A stretch of DNA of 64,000 nt from Verrucomicrobiales bacterium (GTDB lineage: Bacteria > Verrucomicrobiota > Verrucomicrobiia > Verrucomicrobiales > V1-33). Position 1 is the stretch's first letter; each line of letters starts with the position of its first letter. The position numbers and the translations under genes were made by a program. The notes beneath the pieces are model-generated. The model was not told where the DNA came from, ran no database searches, and saw nothing but the letters and a program-made list of their open reading frames with translations. Shown here one piece after another: positions 46,425 to 53,903 of the stretch. The stretch lies in the NCBI GenBank assembly GCA_038210825.1, contig JBBQWG010000011.1, positions 29,877 to 93,876 on the forward strand, written 5' to 3'.

Positions 46425-47837
46425 ATGAAAAAATCCATTCTATCCCTGAATCTGCTCTGGGCGGCGATCGCCTCCGGAACCTTTTTTGCGGGCAGTTTGT
46501 GGCGTGGGGAGCACCCCGGCGGCACGGCCAGCAACAACCGGGCAACCGTCGCCCAACCCGGCACCTCCGGCCCGCTGGGCAACCGCTCTGCCAAACCTGC
46601 CACCGCCGAAGAAGCCGAAATCAACGCCTTCCTGGATCGGTTCGGCCTGAATGGCGGACCCCCTCTATCTGCTGACATGATGGGCCGCGCCATCAGTGAG
46701 GCCATCCGCGAGACGGATCCTATCAAAAGTCAGTTGCTGTTTGGCCGTCTCATGGCAGCTCTGACCCCGGAAAACGCGGCCGCTGCCATGGCCATGATCC
46801 GGGAAAATGCCGTGGGCTTTGAATCCATGCGCTACATGAGCATGTTCGCCTATGCATGGGGCGGCGTGGATCCCGCCGCCGCCATGGAGGCCTTGGCCGG
46901 CAGCGGGGAGCGGGGCGACCGGGGCGGACGCATGGGTCAGGGCACCGCCCTGACCGGCTGGGCGGCCAAAGATCCCACTGCCGCCATGGCATGGATGGAA
47001 AGTTTTGAAGGCGGAAACAAGGAAGACCTCACACAGTCCCTCATCAGTGGTCTGGCCAAATCCGATCTGGCGGCCGCCCAGAAGTATGCCGGTGCCCTCG
47101 AGGACAAGGACGAACGCTCCCGCGCTTCCCAAACCCTGGCCCGCGAAATGATCCGCTCCGGCGGGGTCGATAAGGCCGCCGCATGGCTGGCTACCCTGAC
47201 CGATCCATCCATGAAAGCCGGGGCCTTCGACAGTGTCGCCCAACAAATGATGCGTTCCGATCCGGAGCAGGCCGCCGACTTCATCCGGAAGAATGCCGCC
47301 GAAGATTTTGCCCGCGGTGCCGCCGCCTCCATGGCCGAGAACCTCAGCCGCCGGGATGTCCAGCAGGGCCTTGCCTTTGCCGCTTCCCTGCCCGATCAGG
47401 CCCAGGCCCGGGCTTATGGCGAAGTGATCAACCAATGGATGGAACGCAATGACGGGGCGGAAACGGTGCAGGCCAGTGAGTATGTCAATAACATGCCCCC
47501 CGGTCCTGCCCGCGATGCCGGAGCCTCCATCATCGCCCGCGAAGTGGCCCGCGAGGACCCCGCAGCCAGCATCGCCTGGGCTGCCACCATCAGTGATGCG
47601 GCCCACCGCGAAGAAGCCCTTGTCCAGGCCGGCCGCCGTTACCTCCGCACCGATCCCCAGGCCGGCGCGGCATGGCTCGCCCAAAGTGGCCTCTCCGCGG
47701 AAGCCCAACAACAAATCACCGCTCCCCGCGAGGAACGCCGCGGCCCGCCCGACGGCGCAGGAGGCCCCCCATTCCAGCGCGGGGGTGGCTTCCCCGGCGG
47801 CGGACGGCGTGAGGGGGGCGGCGGGCGCGGACGGTAA
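46425..47837 (+). CDS. Membrane-anchored helical-repeat protein (W-x-x-x-DP-x-AA-x-x-W repeat family)
   Basis: 470 aa with an N-terminal anchor LNLLWAAIASGTFFAG. Repeated motif GWAAKDPTAAMAWM, VAREDPAASIAWA, LRTDPQAGAAWLA, and others. Gly/Arg-rich tail. Paralogous in motif to 56886-58313 and 58310-59989. Confidence 0.55.
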   Translation: MKKSILSLNLLWAAIASGTFFAGSLWRGEHPGGTASNNRATVAQPGTSGPLGNRSAKPATAEEAEINAFLDRFGLNGGPPLSADMMGRAISEAIRETDPIKSQLLFGRLMAALTPENAAAAMAMIRENAVGFESMRYMSMFAYAWGGVDPAAAMEALAGSGERGDRGGRMGQGTALTGWAAKDPTAAMAWMESFEGGNKEDLTQSLISGLAKSDLAAAQKYAGALEDKDERSRASQTLAREMIRSGGVDKAAAWLATLTDPSMKAGAFDSVAQQMMRSDPEQAADFIRKNAAEDFARGAAASMAENLSRRDVQQGLAFAASLPDQAQARAYGEVINQWMERNDGAETVQASEYVNNMPPGPARDAGASIIAREVAREDPAASIAWAATISDAAHREEALVQAGRRYLRTDPQAGAAWLAQSGLSAEAQQQITAPREERRGPPDGAGGPPFQRGGGFPGGGRREGGGGRGR

Positions 47838-47891
47838 TCGCCGGTGGCCTGACTTTGCCCCACGGCAGATCCCTGAACTACCCCAAATGCC

Positions 47892-48425
47892 TCAGTTAGC
47901 CTCCCCGTGGTGGCCAACCGGGCCGGTTTCCTCAAACCGGTTCGCCTCTACGTTTTTGCGCGACTGCTCCGGATCAAAAATCCGTCCATTCATGGCGACA
48001 TAAACGCCCGGTGGCAGAATCTGCGCGGCGATCACCGCCGTGCCAATATTAAACTCCGCGTCACTCACCCGGAACCGCGCCGGTTGCATGGACCCGGTCA
48101 GAACAATCGTCCGCCCCTCCAGTCCCCGCAGCGCCAGGGCCGTCTCGATCATGGTGTCCGTCCCATGGGTGACCACCACCCGCCGGCACTCCTGCCCCGC
48201 GATCACCCCGCGCACCGCTTCCCGGTCTTCCGCCGTCATTTCGAGGCTGTCCTTCCGGATCACCGGCACAATCTCATATCCAAACCCCACGTTCGCCTCC
48301 TCCAGCAACCCCGCCACCTGCGGCGGTCCCACCGCATACTCCCCCTTGGCATCAAAATAGACCTTATCAATTGTCCCCCCGCAGGTCACGAAGAGGAGGT
48401 CGGGGCTCATGGTTAGGGATGTCAT
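47892..48425 (-). CDS. Stand-alone asparaginase N-terminal-domain protein
   Basis: 177 aa. LFVTCGGTIDK (asparaginase TGGTI threonine motif), VVTHGTDTM, VLTGSMQP. Confidence 0.7.
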   Translation of the reverse strand: MTSLTMSPDLLFVTCGGTIDKVYFDAKGEYAVGPPQVAGLLEEANVGFGYEIVPVIRKDSLEMTAEDREAVRGVIAGQECRRVVVTHGTDTMIETALALRGLEGRTIVLTGSMQPARFRVSDAEFNIGTAVIAAQILPPGVYVAMNGRIFDPEQSRKNVEANRFEETGPVGHHGEAN

Positions 48426-48560
48426 CCCATAAGGATTAACCAGGGTGAGTCAAGCTGCAAACCCTATCCGGAGATCCCGGCCAGCGGCATTCCTGACATC
48501 GGCTGGCTGTCACGGTAGCCATGCCGGCTGATGGCATGCATTTGGTGAGGCGGTGGAGGC

Positions 48561-49034
48561 TCATGGGGGCTCGGCGGTGATAAGTTCCACTTTCAAGCCG
48601 ACGGCTTTTGCCAAAGCAGACTGGCGGCGGTCGCAAGTAAGAAATAATCCGGCTTTGAGGGAAATGGCCGCAGCAACATGAAGCACGTCCAGCGACCGGG
48701 CTCCAATCTTGCCACTATGGCGGGCCGAGAACACCGCCGCCTGCACACTGGCTTCCTCCCAATCAAGCGGTGACCGCAGCAGCATCGCGGTCTGCATCAT
48801 GTGTTGAAGCCGTCTGGCGGCGAGGGCAGTTTCGGAGCGTGAGCGCGAGCGTTCCGCAGCGCTTCCTGCAGCAAAAACCCTTAATTCCAGCAGATTCGTC
48901 AGTTCCAGTTCATGCAGTCCAGTATAGAGCAGCGGCGGACGGCGCAGCCGCTGAAAGGCGGCGCGTGCCGCCGCCGTGGCAAAATCCGGCACAAGGAACT
49001 GCCCGATAAAACTCGTGTCCGCATAACATTTCAT
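48561..49034 (-). CDS. vapC: PIN-domain toxin (VapC-like)
   Basis: ATG 49034 gives MKCYADTSFIGQF. PIN acidic residues are in the expected context (YADTS, HELELTN, SLDVLHVAAA, LTCDRRQ). 4-nt ATGA overlap with the upstream antitoxin gene. Confidence 0.75.
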   Translation of the reverse strand: MKCYADTSFIGQFLVPDFATAAARAAFQRLRRPPLLYTGLHELELTNLLELRVFAAGSAAERSRSRSETALAARRLQHMMQTAMLLRSPLDWEEASVQAAVFSARHSGKIGARSLDVLHVAAAISLKAGLFLTCDRRQSALAKAVGLKVELITAEPP

Positions 49035-49360
49035 CGCCGTGACTCCGACAGGACACCCAACAAGGAAGGCGAAGCCGGCGGCACCTTGAGAACTTCGTCC
49101 CAAAATTCATCATCCGAACCGTATAACCCGGAAGCCGTCGGCTGCGGTGCCGCTCCTCCGTCGTCGCTGATGCGCCACAGCGGCTTTCCATGGTCCGTGA
49201 TGCGCACCTCATGTCCGGCGGCGATGAGTTGCTTCACCTTGAGCGGATGACGCAGGAGTTCACGCAGCGGCAGGGTTTTGGGGGGCAGAACATCTGTGGG
49301 GACCGCGGCTTCCTTAACCTTGCGTCGGGCGGGGCGGGGAGAGGTGACGGGACGTGGCAT
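49031..49360 (-). CDS. Type II antitoxin (Phd/YefM-like)
   Basis: ~109 aa from ATG 49360; the track start 49399 is a GTG. LRELLRHPLKVKQLIAAGHEVRITDHGKPLWRI resembles the Phd/YefM N-terminal fold. Overlaps vapC. Confidence 0.6.
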   Translation of the reverse strand: MPRPVTSPRPARRKVKEAAVPTDVLPPKTLPLRELLRHPLKVKQLIAAGHEVRITDHGKPLWRISDDGGAAPQPTASGLYGSDDEFWDEVLKVPPASPSLLGVLSESRR

Positions 49361-49483
49361 GGTGGCGCTTGATTTGTGTCTGACACTACTGTCTGACACT
49401 GTTATGTCAAATGCCGGCCATTGCGGATACCGAAAGCAGGAGATATCTGGTGCCTCCCCGGTCTTGCTGCGGCAGAGAAATAC

Positions 49484-49882
49484 CTATGGCCACAGTCCCG
49501 TGCTCCGCCAGATCCTGCGGGCCTCCTGCCGTCCCGGGGAATTCAAATCCAGCAAAGCCACGGTGGCCCGCCCCACTGAGGTCCTGCCCACAATCTTGCT
49601 ACCTTTGAGGGAAAAGTGGCTATTCCATTGCTGCGCCACAGGATGGAAAACAGGCTGCATTGCTCCCGAAACCGGATCCTTCGCATGGGTGTGGCTCGAT
49701 TTTCTGAGATTGCAGGAAGCACACGAGAGCGCCAAATTCGATTCCCGGGACTTTCCACCCGCAGCTTTCGGAATACAGTGTTCCAAATGAAAGGTGTAGG
49801 CGCAGATGAAGGCCGGAGCCAGACAATATTCACAACGCCCACCGGCACGTTGTTCAATGTTTTGTCTCAATCCGGCCTTCAT
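49484..49882 (-). CDS. HNH endonuclease
   Basis: 132 aa. RCEYC..FHLEHCIPKAAGG..NLALSCASCNLRKS, an HNH/His-Me finger with a CxxC pair. Confidence 0.8.
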   Translation of the reverse strand: MKAGLRQNIEQRAGGRCEYCLAPAFICAYTFHLEHCIPKAAGGKSRESNLALSCASCNLRKSSHTHAKDPVSGAMQPVFHPVAQQWNSHFSLKGSKIVGRTSVGRATVALLDLNSPGRQEARRIWRSTGLWP

Positions 49883-50340
49883 CCCGGTTGCTTGGAGCGG
49901 GCTGGACGCGGCTGCACCGCCGGTTTGGATTTTTTCCCATGCCCTGCCAGCAGCCTGGCGTTCTCAAGGGATAGCCGTTCAGCCTCCTCCACCAAGCGCT
50001 CCAGTTCCCGGCGCTCCTTGACCGTCAACTTCCCCTCCGTATTCCGTCCCATCAGTTCATCCAAACGGTCCTGCGTCTCTGCGTCCATCCGTGCCATTTT
50101 CGGTGGCGGCGGAGCCAATGAAATCAAATGCTGCAGATCCACCTGCAACTCCTCGCACACGGCACCAACCAAAGGCATATTGAGCGTTTGCAGGGGCGCA
50201 TCGCTGGCCAGCCGGTACACCGACTTCCGGTCAAAATGCTGCCCGCCCGATTCGAGCCGCTTGTAAAGCTCCGCCACACTCATGCGTTTGCGGAGCAGCA
50301 GCGAAGGCAGTGCCGAGTAAGCGTATTTCGTCCCGTTCAT
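49879..50340 (-). CDS. Helix-turn-helix protein with a charged coiled C-terminal tail, paired with the HNH gene
   Basis: 153 aa. HTH-like MSVAELYKRLESGGQHFDRKSVYRL. C-terminal QDRLDELMGRNTEGKLTVKERRELERLVEEAERLSLENARLL. 4-nt overlap with the HNH gene. Confidence 0.6.
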   Translation of the reverse strand: MNGTKYAYSALPSLLLRKRMSVAELYKRLESGGQHFDRKSVYRLASDAPLQTLNMPLVGAVCEELQVDLQHLISLAPPPPKMARMDAETQDRLDELMGRNTEGKLTVKERRELERLVEEAERLSLENARLLAGHGKKSKPAVQPRPARSKQPG

Positions 50341-50366
50341 ACGGTATAGCTACCATCTGATCCGCA

Positions 50367-51629
50367 TCATGTCAAATTCCCCATAAAATCAAGCCCGTGC
50401 GGGAACTCATCCGCGTGCTCAAGCACATAAATTAAATTCAGGAGCCGGACATTCTCCGGCAAGTCTGTGGCATTCCCTTCAAATACCTCGAATACTTCGG
50501 AGGCCGAAGGATGCATTACTTCGATTTGTTTCTCCCTTTCCTCTGGGCTCTTGCCTGGACCACCCTCCCCAAAGAGTTTCCCCGCTTGCGTCAGCCAAAC
50601 GGAATGATTCGAGGCACCGATCTCAAGCAGGGCAGCGATAACGGCATGAAAGCGATCAGCATATTCCTCCTCAAAAAATACAATGAGCGGATTGCAACTG
50701 AGAGGATAAATGTAGCAATGATCGACCAGCCAAACCGTCTGTTCTGCCCCTCCCACCTGATCGTATCCGAGGCGGCTCACCCGGGCGTCGATGGCAAATC
50801 TGGGATGCGGCAAATCTTCCAGTCCCAGCAGCGTTTCGGCAGCTTCAACCGCCTTGTCCCCACCGGCATGAATGATCTTCCACAATTCCGCTTTGGCCTC
50901 TGCGGGATCATGAGCTGCCCAGGCTTCCAGAACCTCCAAGGCTGGCGAAGTGGTGCCATCAGGGAAAGCTTCTCCAACTCCGCTCGTGAGCAGAGACTGG
51001 ATCAGCGGACGAGGGATCACATTTTCCGTTGAATTGATGGCCCGAAGCAATCCCATCAAATCCGGCTGATCCGGCTTCATCCGTGCGGGGTTGCAGAAAA
51101 GCTCCATGGCCCGGGCTCCATCCAATGCCAGCAGCACCTCATAATAGTGATCGAAATAGCTGTTTCTTCCGGGCCATTCCGGTTCATCCACATGAACTGC
51201 CAATGCTTCAAAAAGGGTGTTCCTCCATTTTGTGGAGACAATTGCATTTTGGCAGGCCGACTGAAGCCCGCGAAGCAGGGGCTTTGCGGAAATGTCCGGC
51301 GCATCACGCAGGAGGTTGGTAATGAGGGGCAGTGACTCCTCCGTGCCCAGGGCGCCTATTTCTTCGACAATGCTATCACCTTTTCCCAAAGGCTCCCTGA
51401 AGTGTTTGAAGGCAAGTTTCGTGAGAGGCTGCAATCGATTTTCAGGAGGAAGAGATTTGGCTAAGGCCAGATACCGCTCAATTTTGTCCCAGCGCAAATT
51501 GTGCCTCCAGCGGTGCCATTCGTGGAGCCGGATGGTTCTTCCATACAATTTTCCCACTGGAAGAAAGCGCCATAGCACCCATCCAATCACAAGGAGGCCA
51601 AAAACCACCAAGACCAGCCACGGACTCAT
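50367..51629 (-). CDS. Hypothetical membrane-anchored protein with a possible DMP19/DUF4375-like C-terminus
   Basis: 420 aa with an N-terminal TM SPWLVLVVFGLLVIGWVLW. The C-terminal part (QTVWLVDHCYIY..YADRFHAVIAALLEIGASNHSVWLTQAGKLF..PEEREKQIE) resembles DUF4375, but this is from memory only. GC is ~45-52% versus ~62% in the flanks. Confidence 0.45.
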   Translation of the reverse strand: MSPWLVLVVFGLLVIGWVLWRFLPVGKLYGRTIRLHEWHRWRHNLRWDKIERYLALAKSLPPENRLQPLTKLAFKHFREPLGKGDSIVEEIGALGTEESLPLITNLLRDAPDISAKPLLRGLQSACQNAIVSTKWRNTLFEALAVHVDEPEWPGRNSYFDHYYEVLLALDGARAMELFCNPARMKPDQPDLMGLLRAINSTENVIPRPLIQSLLTSGVGEAFPDGTTSPALEVLEAWAAHDPAEAKAELWKIIHAGGDKAVEAAETLLGLEDLPHPRFAIDARVSRLGYDQVGGAEQTVWLVDHCYIYPLSCNPLIVFFEEEYADRFHAVIAALLEIGASNHSVWLTQAGKLFGEGGPGKSPEEREKQIEVMHPSASEVFEVFEGNATDLPENVRLLNLIYVLEHADEFPHGLDFMGNLT

Positions 51630-51682
51630 TCTGAGGTTGCGGGGAAGACGGACTGTTGGTTGTCCTGTGGGGGCACCTATCT

Positions 51683-53638
51683 TTACAAACTCCGCTCGGC
51701 TACCTCGCGGGAAACTTCCGGAAGGAAGTCGGCGAGGAGTTTGACGCCAAGGTCGCCCTTCTTCGCGTGGCGGACGCTGACGCTTTGGATGGCGGCTTCT
51801 TTTTCACCGATGACGAGCATGTAGGGGATGCGCTGGAGCTGGGCGTTGCGGATTTTGGCACCGACTTTTTCGGGGCTGTTGTCGAGGGTGACGCGCAGGC
51901 CGGCGGCTTTAAGCTGGGCGAGGGCATCGGTGGCGAAGGTTTCGCTTTTTTCGCTGATGGTCAGGATGCGGACCTGTTCGGGGGCGAGCCAGACGGGGAA
52001 GTGGCCGGCGAAGTGTTCGATGAGGACGCCGGTGAAACGCTCCATGCTGCCGAAGGGTGCCCGGTGGATCATGACGGGGCGGTGCTTGGTGTTGTCGGCT
52101 CCGATGTAGCTGAGGTCAAAGCGGACGGGCAGGACATAGTCCACCTGCACGGTGCCGAGCTGCCATTCGCGGCCGATGACGTCTTTGACCACGAAGTCGA
52201 TCTTCGGGCCGTAAAAAGCGGCTTCGCCGGGTTCCTCGGAGAAGGGAACGCCGAGGGTGGCGGCTGCGGCGCGGCAGGCGGCTTCGGCTTTGTCCCACTG
52301 GGCGGGATCGCCAGTGAATTTGCTGCTGTCAGGATCACGCAGGCCGACCCGGACGCGGTAGTTGTCCATGCCCAGCGTCGTCAGCACGGTCTTCACCAGG
52401 CTGAGGCAGTTGAGGACTTCTTCGGCGACCTGGTCCTCGGTGCAGAAGAGGTGGGCATCGTCCTGGGTGAAACTGCGGACGCGGGTGAGGCCGTTCAGTT
52501 CGCCGCTCTTTTCCCAGCGGTAGACGGTGCCGAATTCTGCGAGCCTGACAGGGAGATCGCGGTAGCTGCGCGGCTGGCTGTCGTAGATTTTGATATGGTG
52601 CGGGCAATTCATCGGCTTCAGCATGAAGCCGTCGAGGAGCTGATCATCGGCGAGAATGCGGTCAGGCGGGATGACTTCCTTTCCGGCGCGTTCGTTGATG
52701 CCTTCGGCCAGTTTTCTGGAGACGCCGTCGAGCCGCTGCATGACTTCGGCACAGGTGCAGCCGGCATCGGCACATTCCTGCATCTGCTCATTCTCCATGA
52801 TGGCCCCGAACTGGCTTTCCTTGTAATAGGGGAAATGGCCGCTGGTTTTATAGAGTGTCAGTTTGCCGATATGCGGAGTGAAGACCTGGCTGTAGCCCTG
52901 CTTGCGGAGTTCGGTGCTGATGAAATTCTGCAATTCCTGACGCAGGATGGCTCCATTGGGAGTCCATAACACCAGCCCCTGCCCGACCTCGTCATCGAAA
53001 TGGAAGAGCTGAAGTTCCTTGCCCAGTTTGCGGTGGTCGCGCTTTTTGGCTTCCTCCAGGGCAACGAAGTGCTGTTCCAGTTCCTCACTGGTCGGGAAGG
53101 CGGTGCCGTAAAGCCGCTGGAGCTGGCCTTTGGATTCGTCCCCCATGTAAAAACTGGCGGAGATGCTGGTGAGCCGGACGTTCTTGCACTTGCTGGTGTA
53201 GTTGACGTGCGGGCCGGCACAGAGGTCGATGAAGTCTCCGTTTTGATAGCAGGAAATGTCCTCGCCTTCCGGGATCTTGTCGATCAGGTCCAGCTTGAAG
53301 CGGCTGGGGTTGCCAGGGCGTTCCGTCAGGCCGCCGAGGCGTCCGCTTTCGGCCATGGCCTTGGCTTCCTCCCGGCTGATGACCTTCTTTTCAAACTTGG
53401 TGTTTTCCTTGGCCAGTTTTTTCATCTCGGCTTCGATGGCCGGGAAGTCGTCCGGAGTGATCCGGTGTTTCATGTCGAAGTCGTAGTAGAAACCGTATTC
53501 CCCAGGAGGGCCATAGGCAAACTGCGCGTCCGGCCAGAGCTTCAGGATGGCGGTGGCCATGAGGTGGGCACAGGAGTGGCGCAGACGGTCCAGATCGGAC
53601 ATCTGTTCGCGTTCTTCGAGGGTCTTGCGGTCGGTCAT
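51683..53638 (-). CDS. thrS: Threonine--tRNA ligase (no TGS domain; catalytic-core insertion)
   Basis: RHSCAHLMA editing-domain motif at residue ~20, KPMNCPHH, FTQDDAHLFC, RAPFGSMERF, and a C-terminal anticodon-binding domain. Confidence 0.9.
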   Translation of the reverse strand: MTDRKTLEEREQMSDLDRLRHSCAHLMATAILKLWPDAQFAYGPPGEYGFYYDFDMKHRITPDDFPAIEAEMKKLAKENTKFEKKVISREEAKAMAESGRLGGLTERPGNPSRFKLDLIDKIPEGEDISCYQNGDFIDLCAGPHVNYTSKCKNVRLTSISASFYMGDESKGQLQRLYGTAFPTSEELEQHFVALEEAKKRDHRKLGKELQLFHFDDEVGQGLVLWTPNGAILRQELQNFISTELRKQGYSQVFTPHIGKLTLYKTSGHFPYYKESQFGAIMENEQMQECADAGCTCAEVMQRLDGVSRKLAEGINERAGKEVIPPDRILADDQLLDGFMLKPMNCPHHIKIYDSQPRSYRDLPVRLAEFGTVYRWEKSGELNGLTRVRSFTQDDAHLFCTEDQVAEEVLNCLSLVKTVLTTLGMDNYRVRVGLRDPDSSKFTGDPAQWDKAEAACRAAAATLGVPFSEEPGEAAFYGPKIDFVVKDVIGREWQLGTVQVDYVLPVRFDLSYIGADNTKHRPVMIHRAPFGSMERFTGVLIEHFAGHFPVWLAPEQVRILTISEKSETFATDALAQLKAAGLRVTLDNSPEKVGAKIRNAQLQRIPYMLVIGEKEAAIQSVSVRHAKKGDLGVKLLADFLPEVSREVAERSL

Positions 53639-53648
53639 AGGGGAAAGA

Positions 53649-53697
<49 letters not shown>

Positions 53698-53790
53698 GGG
53701 CAGAAAGTCGGAGGGAAGGGGCAACGGATGGGAACAGAAGATCACGAAGGGCAGGAAGTGGGAAAAGGAAAGCGGGGAGGTGGCGGGAAT
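53698..53790. other. Polypurine (plus strand) / polypyrimidine (thrS-sense strand) tract
   Basis: gggcagaaagtcggagggaaggggcaacggatgggaacagaagatcacgaagggcaggaagtgggaaaaggaaagcggggaggtggcggg is ~83% purine by hand count (15 pyrimidines in 90 nt). It directly abuts the heptamer array. Confidence 0.8.
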
Positions 53791-53903
53791 CCATCGGGCG
53801 GATGGACCGTCCCGTTCTCCCGGAATACCGGAATTCTGTCCCTTCCACGACGGGTGGTGACGGGCTCTCCCGGAGGGGCTAGCTGGACGACCAGAGATCC
53901 TCT

